DNA of 64,000 nt from Gammaproteobacteria bacterium (GTDB lineage: Bacteria; Pseudomonadota; Gammaproteobacteria; Steroidobacterales; XN24). The stretch is taken from assembly GCA_029287575.1 (NCBI GenBank), contig JARFQW010000188.1, forward strand, positions 19,365 through 83,364. Reading direction: 5' to 3'. This document shows, in pieces, positions 15,386 to 23,752 of the stretch; position 1 is the first letter of the stretch; each line of letters begins with the position of its first letter. The notes under the pieces are model-generated. The model did not search any database. It was not told where the DNA came from and saw only the letters and a program-made list of their open reading frames with translations. The position numbers were made by a program, and so were the translations under genes.

Positions 15386-17707
15386 CTAGCTGGCCGGCGC
15401 TCCGGTCAGGGCCCGGAAGCGGTCCGAAGACCACAGGCCCTCCCAGCGCGGATCTGCCACCAGGTACTCCGGGTTATAGCCAAGCGATACGGCCTGTTCC
15501 AGCGCATCGATAGCGGGATCGGTGTCGTTACTGCGGGCCAGAACGAGGGCGCGCGCGGCATGGCCATCCGGAGCGCGCGGCGCCAGTTCGATCGCCCGGT
15601 CGGCGCTCCTCAGGGCCTCGGGCAAGCGGCCTGCCTGGGAAAGGTACCGGGCCAGATCTGCGTGCACCATGGCGTCGGCCGGTGTCTGGACCGCCGCCTG
15701 TCCGGCCAGGTCGATGGCCCGAAGCAGACTGTCCCGGGCCAGGGCTTCCTCCCCGGGGACAAACGCAGCCGCCTCGGCCAGTTCCCCCCATGTCCAGTAG
15801 GCATCCGGGGCCAGCCGGGCCGCCTCTCTGAAGGCATCGACGGCATCGGCCATGCGCTCGCCGAAATAGATCTCGCCGAGATTGGCCCACGCGAAAACCG
15901 TGGGCTCGATCTCCAGGGAGCGCCGAAACGCCGCTTCGGCCTCCGCGTCGTTGCCGGTATCCAGCAGGCCCGCGCCAAGCGAGGTCCAGGCATCGGCGCT
16001 GTCCCCCTTGAGTTCGACCACCTTGCGGTAGTACGGCAGGGCCTCCCGGCCCCGCCCCACGTTCACGAGAAAATGCCCCATGGCCGTGTAGCTGCCCCAG
16101 TAGGACGGGTCGATCGCGATAGCCGCGCTGTAGGCCTCGTAAGCCTCATCGGGCCGGTTGCGGGCGTACAGCACGTCGCCGAGACCGTACCGGGCCTCGA
16201 TCAGATTCGGAAACGACGCCAGCGCCAGCCGGTACTCGTCCTCGGCCGCCGCCAGCCGTCCGGTCAGCCGATACAGCGCGCCCCGTGCCGCATGGGTCTC
16301 CGCAAAATCCGGATCCAGCGCCGTGGCCTCGGCACAGGCATTCTCCGCCCGGGTCAGCAGCGCGCCCGTTCGGTTGCGCCGGTAGCGGTGTACGGCCAGG
16401 TCGCATTCGGCCGCGCGCGCCGGCCCGTAGCCGGGGTCCAGCTCGACGCTCTGGGTCAGGAGACGTTCGGCCGTATCCAGGGCATCAGGAGTCTTCGGTT
16501 CCCGAAGAAGCTGGCGTGCCTGAAGATAGAGGTCATAGGCACCCAGCCCCGTGACCGGGGCCGGGTCCGTGGCGGGCCCTGTCAGGACCACGCCGAGGGC
16601 GGCCAGTACCTCCCGGGCGACGTCCTGGCTCACCTGGGAGACGGCGGGTCCGGTCGCAGTAAAGGTCTCCGCCCAGAGCGACAAACCCTCGCGCCCGTCG
16701 GCCAGGCTGACCGCGAGGGTGATTTCGTCGCCCTCGCGCGTGACGGTGCCTTCCAGCACCGCCCCAACACCGAGTCGGCCGGCGATGGCGGGGACGTCAC
16801 CGCCCTGGGCCGCGTGGTAGCGGGCCGAGCGCCATGAAGCCACGCGAAGCGCGTCGTGGTGCATCAGCCGATTGGTCAGTTCTTCCGCCAGTCCCTCCGC
16901 CAGTCCGGCCCCCCCGTCGGGATTGCGCGGGCCGGCAAAAGGCAATACCGCCACGGTCGGTTCGGACCCAACAACGGCGACCGGCACCCGTGCGGCGGCT
17001 TCGGAGGCTTCGCGGGGTACGGCCGAACGTTCGTGGAACAACCAGCCCGCGGCTCCCGAAATCACGAGGCCGGCCAGACCCAGGGACACGGCGACGCCGC
17101 GATTGCGGCTCTCCGACGGTGCGGGGGAGGATGTCGCCCAGCCCAGAACCAGCGCCAGCGGGAACCCCAGGGCCAGCACGGCCACGACGAACGTCAGCGT
17201 CCAGTCCGGCAGCCCGAGAGCCGGAAACACGGTCTCGGCGACCTGCACGAGCAGCCAGGCCAGAGCGCCATAGACGGCAGCCACCCGAAGGATATGCCCC
17301 CGAGACGCGCGAGCCGGCCCGGGAGCGGCTTGCGCCGGCGGCGAGGCCGGATCGGGCCCGGATTGTGCATCGCCGGCGGCCGCGGGCCGTGGAGTCACCA
17401 GGAGCCGGTAGCCCCGTTTCGGGAGTGTTTGCACGAAGCGCGGCTCGTGGGCATCGTCGGCGAGCGCCTGGCGCAGGTCCGATACACAGCGCGTAAGCGG
17501 CTGCATGCTCGGATAGCCCGGCCGCCAGACGTCGTGCAGCAGCGTTTCCCTGGACACCACCTCGCCGGGCTCCCGGGCGAGACGCAGCAGCACCTCCATG
17601 GCCTTGGGTTGCACATGGCGGGTTCCCCGGGGCCCTTCGATTTCGCCCAGCAGCGGGCGCACCTGGAAGTCTCCCAGGGCAAAACCGTTGAGCAGTTGCT
17701 CCTGCAT
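15386..17707 (-). CDS. ToxR/CadC-like membrane transcriptional regulator (winged helix + TM segments + TolB-N-like domain + TPR repeats)
   Basis: The N-terminus FQVRPLLGEIEGPRGTRHVQPKAMEVLLRLAREPGEVVSRETLLHDVW...VSDLRQAL..FVQTLPKRGYRL is an OmpR/CadC-type wHTH. Hydrophobic segments follow at ~aa 150-230, then many TPR-like repeats. ATG 17707 is preferred over GTG 17770, which has no SD. Confidence 0.75.
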   Translation of the reverse strand: MQEQLLNGFALGDFQVRPLLGEIEGPRGTRHVQPKAMEVLLRLAREPGEVVSRETLLHDVWRPGYPSMQPLTRCVSDLRQALADDAHEPRFVQTLPKRGYRLLVTPRPAAAGDAQSGPDPASPPAQAAPGPARASRGHILRVAAVYGALAWLLVQVAETVFPALGLPDWTLTFVVAVLALGFPLALVLGWATSSPAPSESRNRGVAVSLGLAGLVISGAAGWLFHERSAVPREASEAAARVPVAVVGSEPTVAVLPFAGPRNPDGGAGLAEGLAEELTNRLMHHDALRVASWRSARYHAAQGGDVPAIAGRLGVGAVLEGTVTREGDEITLAVSLADGREGLSLWAETFTATGPAVSQVSQDVAREVLAALGVVLTGPATDPAPVTGLGAYDLYLQARQLLREPKTPDALDTAERLLTQSVELDPGYGPARAAECDLAVHRYRRNRTGALLTRAENACAEATALDPDFAETHAARGALYRLTGRLAAAEDEYRLALASFPNLIEARYGLGDVLYARNRPDEAYEAYSAAIAIDPSYWGSYTAMGHFLVNVGRGREALPYYRKVVELKGDSADAWTSLGAGLLDTGNDAEAEAAFRRSLEIEPTVFAWANLGEIYFGERMADAVDAFREAARLAPDAYWTWGELAEAAAFVPGEEALARDSLLRAIDLAGQAAVQTPADAMVHADLARYLSQAGRLPEALRSADRAIELAPRAPDGHAARALVLARSNDTDPAIDALEQAVSLGYNPEYLVADPRWEGLWSSDRFRALTGAPAS

Positions 17708-17753
17708 ACGGGTCCCCGTTGCAATGGGCAAAGTATAGCGGCCGCTGGCCGCA

Positions 17754-18938
17754 TCAAGCCGAACCCGCACGCCGCGGCGCCGCGGCGACCACCGGGCAAT
17801 GCTCGAGGGGCACCGGGTAGTCCGCCAGCTCCACCGTCGGCTGGAACTGTCCGGCCAGCTCGTCGACGAGACGTCGCCATGCCTCGGGGCTATCGGGAAT
17901 CGGACCCTCCGCTTCCGCTGCCCAGACCTGGTCGCCTGTACGCGTATCGCTCAGACGGACAATGACGCGGACACGACCGCCCACGACGTTGACCAGCCCG
18001 TTGAGGGCCAGGTCCGCCGGCGCTCCGGCGGAGCGCACCCGCATGCCGGGGACCGCTGCGAGCCGCAGTCTGACCTCTTCGGTCAGGCTGTGGGACAAGG
18101 CCCTCGCCGTCACGATCCGGCCGGCGGCGTCGAAGGGCTCGACGACAACGGCCGCCGGCGCCGGTCCCGATCCCGCGGCTTCGGGGCCGAGCCAGGCGGC
18201 GCCACCGGAGGAAACGAGATTGGCGGTCAGCACCACCGTGCAGAGCACGAGCAGCAGCGCGCGCGAAGCCAGCGTTCCGACAAAGCGGAACGGGCTGACG
18301 ATCGGCCTCTCCCGGGGTGCCCTGCGCACGCGGCCGGCATCGATATCGAATGCCCAGGCCAGCGCCACACTGACCGGGAACCCCAGGGCCAGCGTGACGA
18401 CCACAAAGGTGATGGCCCAGTCCGGAACGAGCACGATCGGGAAGACGGTAGCGGATACCTCCGTGGCGACCCACGCGAAAATCACGTAGGCCAGGGCCAC
18501 CCGGACCACCCGGCGGCGGCGAAGCTCCGCCCAGAGACCGGGCGCGGACCCGCGAGAGGCAGGGCCAGGCCCGACCGTATTGCCGTCCGGGCCCGGCGGC
18601 TCGTCAGCGGGCAAGGCGGACACCGGCGCGAGCAGCCGGTAGCCCCGCTTCGGCAGGGTCTGGATGATGGCCGGCGCGTGGGCCTGGTCCCGAAGCGCGT
18701 GACGGATTTCGCTGATGACATGGGTCAGGGCATGGTCACCCACCGGCTCACGGGACCAGATCTCGGCCAGCAGGGTTTCCCGGCTGACGAGCAGCCCGGG
18801 ACGCTCCGCCAGGAACACCAGGACACGCATCGCCCGGGGATGCAGGCGCACCGGGCCATGCGGCCCGAAAATCTCACCGGTCCGAGGCTCGACCCGGAAG
18901 GGGCCGATCCGGAAGACACTGGGCAGTGGCTGGCGCAT
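17754..18938 (-). CDS. ToxR/CadC-like membrane transcriptional regulator (paralog of the downstream gene, no TPR)
   Basis: FRIGPFRVEPRTGEIFGPHGPVRLHPRAMRVLVFLAERPGLLVSRETLLAEIW...ISEIRHAL...IIQTLPKRGYRL, followed by the same VALAYVIFAWVATEV..PDWAITFVVVTLALGFPV membrane block as its neighbour. GAGGAA precedes ATG 18938. Confidence 0.7.
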   Translation of the reverse strand: MRQPLPSVFRIGPFRVEPRTGEIFGPHGPVRLHPRAMRVLVFLAERPGLLVSRETLLAEIWSREPVGDHALTHVISEIRHALRDQAHAPAIIQTLPKRGYRLLAPVSALPADEPPGPDGNTVGPGPASRGSAPGLWAELRRRRVVRVALAYVIFAWVATEVSATVFPIVLVPDWAITFVVVTLALGFPVSVALAWAFDIDAGRVRRAPRERPIVSPFRFVGTLASRALLLVLCTVVLTANLVSSGGAAWLGPEAAGSGPAPAAVVVEPFDAAGRIVTARALSHSLTEEVRLRLAAVPGMRVRSAGAPADLALNGLVNVVGGRVRVIVRLSDTRTGDQVWAAEAEGPIPDSPEAWRRLVDELAGQFQPTVELADYPVPLEHCPVVAAAPRRAGSA

Positions 18939-19044
18939 GGGAATTCCTCGTTTCGGACCTGGTGAGCCGACCCTAGGCGCCCACGGGAGAGGTATCAACG
19001 CAACTCCATGACAAATAACAAAAAAATTAGACAAACGTAGAGAT

Positions 19045-19062
19045 ACGAAGGTTTTGCGAAGG
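19045..19062. promoter_or_regulatory. phased direct repeat (A/G)CGAAGG x2 in an A/T-rich divergent promoter region
   Basis: ACGAAGG (19045-19051) and GCGAAGG (19056-19062) are 11 bp apart, and ACGAAT follows at 19071. They sit in the most A/T-rich stretch of the window, between divergent operons. Any operator role is only an inference. Confidence 0.25.
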
Positions 19063-19147
19063 TCTTTGAGACGAATCCGTATGACATAACGAGCGCGTTG
19101 CTCGGCCCGGATCGGCCCGATGGTATGATGTAGGAAACTCTTCGTAG

Positions 19148-20263
19148 GTGAACGCGTTGGTGCTTGCCCGCCCCCTCCTCCTCGGCATTCTGGCCGTCCT
19201 GGCTACCCCGGCCTTGGCCGAGCGGCAGGAACTCGCTCGCAGTGTGGCGATGAAGCAGGCCGCCGGTCCGGACGTCCAGCGGGCCCTCTCCACGCTGGAC
19301 GGGCTGGAAAGGCTGGCGGACCCGAAAGCTCTCGCGGAGGTTGCCGGGAAGATGGCTGCAGACCCGGCCATGACGCCGGCTGGCCGGGATCGGCTCCTGA
19401 CCGATGCCGCACGCCGGCTGGGATCCATGCCCGACAGCGCCGCTTCGCGGCAATTCCTGGAAGGTCTGGCTATCCGCAAGAGCGAAGTCTGGATACCGGT
19501 CGAGGAAACTGGTGGCCTGGTTCATATCCCCCTCTACGATGCCGGCGCCCAGGCGCGCCATACCCTCAAGACCCTCGACATTCGCGCGGTCGCCCGGGAT
19601 CTCACGCCGCGGGCGGCGCGCGGCGAGGCGGGCCTGGCCGTCGAGGCCCGTGCAGCGGCGCCCGGATCGGTGTTCAGGCAAGGGCTGAAGCAGGCGTTGC
19701 TCGACGCCAGGGCAACGGCGGCGGGGAGCGCCGGACCCGCGTCGATTTCCCATAGTCTGGCGGCGCTGCTCCCGCAGGACCCTTCCCTGGGCACGCTGGC
19801 GCTGACGGCCCGGGACCCGGCTGACCGGGATGTCCTGGCTGGCGTGCTCGATCTGGGGGACACCGCAAGCGGGCTTGCGGCCCTCCCGCTGACGCGATCG
19901 CTGCCGTCCCCGGAGGCCCGCCCGCTTCTGGAGATTGCGGCCCGCCGCGGCGACATCGCATCCGCTGCGGTCCTGGAAGCGGGACGTCGCTGGCCGGAGG
20001 ATCCCGACACGGGCCGGTGGCTGGAAACCCTGCTCGGCGACCCCGGCGTCGGTGCCAGTGCCGCATCCGCGCTGGCCCGCTACGGTGACGAGGCACTCGT
20101 CACCCGCCTGGCCGACCGGCTGCGTGGCGAAGCCGACGAACGGACCGCCCGCCACCTGGTGCTCTATCTTCGGCTCGCCGACTCGGCGCAAGCCCGCGAA
20201 GCCATAAACAGGCTCAGGGAGGACCCGGCGGTGTCCGCCGCGGTCCGTGGAGAACTCCGTTGA
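19148..20263 (+). CDS. secreted Ala/Leu/Arg-rich alpha-helical repeat protein (hypothetical)
   Basis: GTG start with signal peptide MNALVLARPLLLGILAVLATPALA. The body has HEAT-like helical-repeat composition, and I recognise no catalytic motif. Its stop overlaps the next gene's start as TTGA. Confidence 0.55.
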   Translation: MNALVLARPLLLGILAVLATPALAERQELARSVAMKQAAGPDVQRALSTLDGLERLADPKALAEVAGKMAADPAMTPAGRDRLLTDAARRLGSMPDSAASRQFLEGLAIRKSEVWIPVEETGGLVHIPLYDAGAQARHTLKTLDIRAVARDLTPRAARGEAGLAVEARAAAPGSVFRQGLKQALLDARATAAGSAGPASISHSLAALLPQDPSLGTLALTARDPADRDVLAGVLDLGDTASGLAALPLTRSLPSPEARPLLEIAARRGDIASAAVLEAGRRWPEDPDTGRWLETLLGDPGVGASAASALARYGDEALVTRLADRLRGEADERTARHLVLYLRLADSAQAREAINRLREDPAVSAAVRGELR

Positions 20264-22209
20264 TTCGGTCGTTCGCGCGCACGCTGATACTGCTGCTGGT
20301 CGCCGATGCCGTCAGCGCCGCATGCCAGTTCGACAGCCGGGGGACAATCACCAATCCGTCAGATCCCAGCTGCCGGGACGCCATGTTCACCTACACCGAG
20401 AATGACAACACCGGCTCCCGGGTCGCCATCGGGTATCCCGTCCCCGTGCCGGTGGACTCTCTCACTCCGGTGACCGGTTTCCGCACCTTCGAAAGCCTGC
20501 ATGCGCGACACCAGGCGCTGGACGCGGAATTCGACTACGTCACCGGCACCATCGTCGGTCAAACCGTGTCCGGCCGGGATATCTGGGCCTATGTCATCGG
20601 CGACCCCGACCGCACGACCGTCAACGGCCGTCCGGAACCCGCGGTCATGCTCAACGGCGGCATCCACGCGCGCGAGTGGCAGAGCCCCGAAGCCGTGACC
20701 GCCGTATTCGAGCGGCTCGTGGAAATGGCGGGCGACGGCGGGGTGGGCAGCTGGCTCATCGACAATATGACCGTCGTGATTCTGCCGGTGCAGAATGTCG
20801 ATGGCCTCATGTCCACCCAGCGTTATCCCGACCGTGTAAGCGCCTCCGTCGAGCAGCCCCGGGAAGGCCGGATGCGGCGCAAGAACCTGGCCAGCCCCTC
20901 GGCGCCCGGCAGTGCCATTGATCAGGACCTGGACACGACCGAAGACAATTTCTACGGCGTGGACCTGAATCGGAACAATGCCCGCGGGTTCGGCATGAAC
21001 GGCGGCTCGGTTCCGAACCCGGTCAGTCTCGTAAACCGGGGTTCGGCCGCGGCCTCGGAGCCCGAGACACAGGCCCTGCTGGCTGCGGCGGCGCTGGGCC
21101 CGGAGAGCCGACTGCGTTTTTACGTGGACGCCCATTCCTTTACCCAGATTTTCCTTGCGCCGATGACCGGCAACCAGCGCCGCGACGCCATTACCACGAA
21201 CCTCGCCACGCGTATGCGAGCGGCCCTGAACAACAAGTACTTCTGGGGCCCCGCCGAGCCAGGAAGGGGCGGGATCGGTACGACGGCCGACTATTTCGCC
21301 TACACCTTCCAGATTCCGAGCTGGACCCTCGAGCTCGAGCCTCGCAACGGCGGTGTGGCCTACGGCGGCACCGGCGTAAGCCACAGCGGATTCATCCTGC
21401 CTGCCAGCGAAGTCCCCCGCATGCAGGCCGAAATCGTCACCATGACGCTGCCGGGTTACTACCTGATGGGCGGAGCCGCCGCCGTGGCCGCCGCGGAGAT
21501 CCGGAACCTGGACACCGATGAGGTCGTCTACCGCGGCGACCAGGCGCCCGGGCCCGCGGGGGCGGACCTCCGGGTCGGCATCAATCGGGCCCTGGTCCCC
21601 GGCGACAGGTACCGGCTGTGGCTGGCGTTCGACAAGCCCATGCGCTGGCTGGGCAATGCCGGGAGCGTGGTGAGCTACCCGGGACAGCCCGGGGCCCTCG
21701 CGCCGGCGCTGACGCTCGAGGTGCCCGGCCTCGGAGCACTGGATCTCGATGCGGGCCCCGATGCCTGGCTCACCGCCGCCGGAGGCGCGCCCGACGGGTA
21801 CCATCGATACACCGCGGATGCGGTCGGCGTGGATTTCACGGTTCCCGGGAACTGGGCACCCGCGAGCCCGGCGGCGGCGGTGCTTTCGGTGTCGACCGCG
21901 GATATGACCGGACAGAAGCTGGATGCCGATCCCGCGACCTCCGTCGACTGGGCCGGCGGCCACTGGAGCGGTCTCGAATCGGAACCCGGTGTCGCCGGAG
22001 ACGACGGCGGACCGGACTGCAGCTTCAAGCCCTTTGTCGCCACCGATGCCGATGCGGCCGCGCCGGCGGAGGTTGCCTGCGCCGCTTTCTCCACCGAGCC
22101 GCTCCCGCCCGCCGGCGGCGGGGGCAGCGGCGGAGGCGGAGGCGGCGGCCTCGGCGGTCTCGGACTGCTCGGCCTGTCGATCTATGCCTGGCGCCGCCGC
22201 CGCGGCTGA
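20260..22209 (+). CDS. M14 zinc carboxypeptidase with GlyGly-CTERM-like sorting tail
   Basis: Signal peptide IRSFARTLILLLVADAVSA. M14 zinc motif GRDIWAYVIGDP...AVMLNGGIHAREWQSPE. The C-terminus is GGGGSGGGGGGGLGGLGLLGLSIYAWRRRRG. The 760-aa antisense ORF is a shadow. Confidence 0.8.
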   Translation: MIRSFARTLILLLVADAVSAACQFDSRGTITNPSDPSCRDAMFTYTENDNTGSRVAIGYPVPVPVDSLTPVTGFRTFESLHARHQALDAEFDYVTGTIVGQTVSGRDIWAYVIGDPDRTTVNGRPEPAVMLNGGIHAREWQSPEAVTAVFERLVEMAGDGGVGSWLIDNMTVVILPVQNVDGLMSTQRYPDRVSASVEQPREGRMRRKNLASPSAPGSAIDQDLDTTEDNFYGVDLNRNNARGFGMNGGSVPNPVSLVNRGSAAASEPETQALLAAAALGPESRLRFYVDAHSFTQIFLAPMTGNQRRDAITTNLATRMRAALNNKYFWGPAEPGRGGIGTTADYFAYTFQIPSWTLELEPRNGGVAYGGTGVSHSGFILPASEVPRMQAEIVTMTLPGYYLMGGAAAVAAAEIRNLDTDEVVYRGDQAPGPAGADLRVGINRALVPGDRYRLWLAFDKPMRWLGNAGSVVSYPGQPGALAPALTLEVPGLGALDLDAGPDAWLTAAGGAPDGYHRYTADAVGVDFTVPGNWAPASPAAAVLSVSTADMTGQKLDADPATSVDWAGGHWSGLESEPGVAGDDGGPDCSFKPFVATDADAAAPAEVACAAFSTEPLPPAGGGGSGGGGGGGLGGLGLLGLSIYAWRRRRG

Positions 22210-22260
22210 AGTACCGTCCCCGGTTCCCGCGGTTGAGCTCCGCGCCCCGGATCTCCAGCC

Positions 22261-22701
22261 ATGACGGCGGAACTGATGCCCGCTTCGTTGTTCCGGCGCC
22301 TCGGCGCTGCCTTGTACGACGCCCTGACCCTGATCGCGTTGTTCATGTTTTTTTCCGCGGCGGTCATGCCGCTGACCGGCGGAGAAGCCGTCGAACCGGG
22401 CAACCCGTGGTTTCGACTGGGTCTGCTGGGCGTCGCGATGATCTTTTTCTGCGGCTTCTGGCTGCGCGCGGGCCAGACTCTGGGCATGCGGGCCTGGCGT
22501 CTCGTGGTCCGCCGCAAGGACGGCCGGTCGCTGACCCCCAGGGATGCGGTGCTGCGGTTTTTCTGTGCGCTCGTTTCGTGGGGCGCGGCGGGCCTCGGTG
22601 TGCTGTGGATGATCGTCGATCGCCAGGGTCTGACCTGGCACGACCGCTGGTCTTCCACGCGGGTTTGGACAGAACGCGCGCCGGTCAGCGGGTCCGGCTG
22701 A
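22261..22701 (+). CDS. RDD family membrane protein
   Basis: FRRLGAALYDALTLIAL..., GQTLGMRAWRLVV and HDRWSSTRV give the R..D..D family layout with 3 TM segments. Confidence 0.75.
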   Translation: MTAELMPASLFRRLGAALYDALTLIALFMFFSAAVMPLTGGEAVEPGNPWFRLGLLGVAMIFFCGFWLRAGQTLGMRAWRLVVRRKDGRSLTPRDAVLRFFCALVSWGAAGLGVLWMIVDRQGLTWHDRWSSTRVWTERAPVSGSG

Positions 22702-23752
22702 TACCTATGAGCGCCACGAGCGTCAGGGCCGCCATGGGCAGCCAGGCGGTCAGAACCGGCGACAGCTCGTAGATTTCCCCTCCCGACGCCAGCATGCCGT
22801 TGACCAGAAAGTAGCCGATGCCGATGAGAAAACCGACGACGAAGCGGCCGCTGTTTCCGCCGGTACGCAGTGGCCCGAATACGAAGGGCACGGCGAGCAG
22901 GGCCATGGCGACGGCAGCCGCCGAGCTCGCATAACGCGCCCACATCACCTGCTCGTAGCGCACTGCGTCCAGGCCGTTGTCCTTCAGATACCGCACGTAC
23001 TCCATGAGGGACTCGGTGGACAGGCTGTCCGGTTCGACGAGGGACAACTCCAGCACCTCCCGGTCGACATCGGTATCGATCAGGGTCCGGTCCAGTTCCT
23101 CCACCTCCAGCCCGTCCGGCCGGAAGCGGGTCACACTGACGTCGTCCAGCTGCCAGCGGTCGGCCTCCACGACCGTGGCGACCCGGGAGCGGGACACGGA
23201 GGCCAACCGGCCGTCGCCGTCGAGCTCGTAGACGTAGACCCCGCCAAAACGATTGGGACCCTCCACCTGCAGGATGTTGAGCAGCTGGTCGCCGTCCCGC
23301 ATCCAGGACCCGGAAAGACCGCTAACCGCCCCGCCCCGCCCCGTCATGCGGGCGGTGTAGTCCTGGGCCAGGCGGTCGGCGGGAGGTGCGACAAACTCGC
23401 CCAGCGCCAGGGTGATGGTGGCCAGGACCATGCCGGTGATGGCCACGCCCCGGGCGACCCGCCAGATGCTCACACCGGCGGCACGGATGGCCACCAGCTC
23501 GGAGTTGTTCGCCAGTGCTCCCAGGCCCAGCAGAGACCCGAGCAGGGCGGCGATGGGAAGCATGTCGAACGCCTGGCGGGGCCACTGGAGCAACAGCACC
23601 AGCATGGCGCTGAACAGCGTGAAATCGCCCTCGCCCACATACTTCAGCTGGGCGGTGAAATTGACGAACCCGCTCAGTGCCAGAAGGATCAGCATCACGA
23701 GACCCGTCGTCCCCATGACGGTCCGGAAGACATAGCGGTCAAAAATGCTCAT
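22685..23752 (-). CDS. lptG: LPS export ABC transporter permease LptG
   Basis: MSIFDRYVFRTVMGTTGLVMLILL... is a YjgP/YjgQ-family protein. ATG 23752 overlaps the lptF stop as ATGA. The upstream extension in the track ORF is rejected. Confidence 0.85.
   Translation of the reverse strand: MSIFDRYVFRTVMGTTGLVMLILLALSGFVNFTAQLKYVGEGDFTLFSAMLVLLLQWPRQAFDMLPIAALLGSLLGLGALANNSELVAIRAAGVSIWRVARGVAITGMVLATITLALGEFVAPPADRLAQDYTARMTGRGGAVSGLSGSWMRDGDQLLNILQVEGPNRFGGVYVYELDGDGRLASVSRSRVATVVEADRWQLDDVSVTRFRPDGLEVEELDRTLIDTDVDREVLELSLVEPDSLSTESLMEYVRYLKDNGLDAVRYEQVMWARYASSAAAVAMALLAVPFVFGPLRTGGNSGRFVVGFLIGIGYFLVNGMLASGGEIYELSPVLTAWLPMAALTLVALIGISRTR

Noticed and set aside
15029-16837. 602-aa plus-strand ORF over the TPR regulator gene (the ORFs at 16856-17965, 17799-18965 and 18995-20191 are similar cases)
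   Set aside because: These are Arg/Pro/Gly-rich with no motifs. The opposite-strand proteins (or the plus-strand protein for 18995-20191) have clear domain signatures and signal peptides.
20359-22641. 760-aa ORF antisense to the M14 carboxypeptidase and RDD genes
   Set aside because: It shows no motifs and has junk-like composition. The plus strand has a signal peptide, the HxxE zinc motif and a sorting tail.
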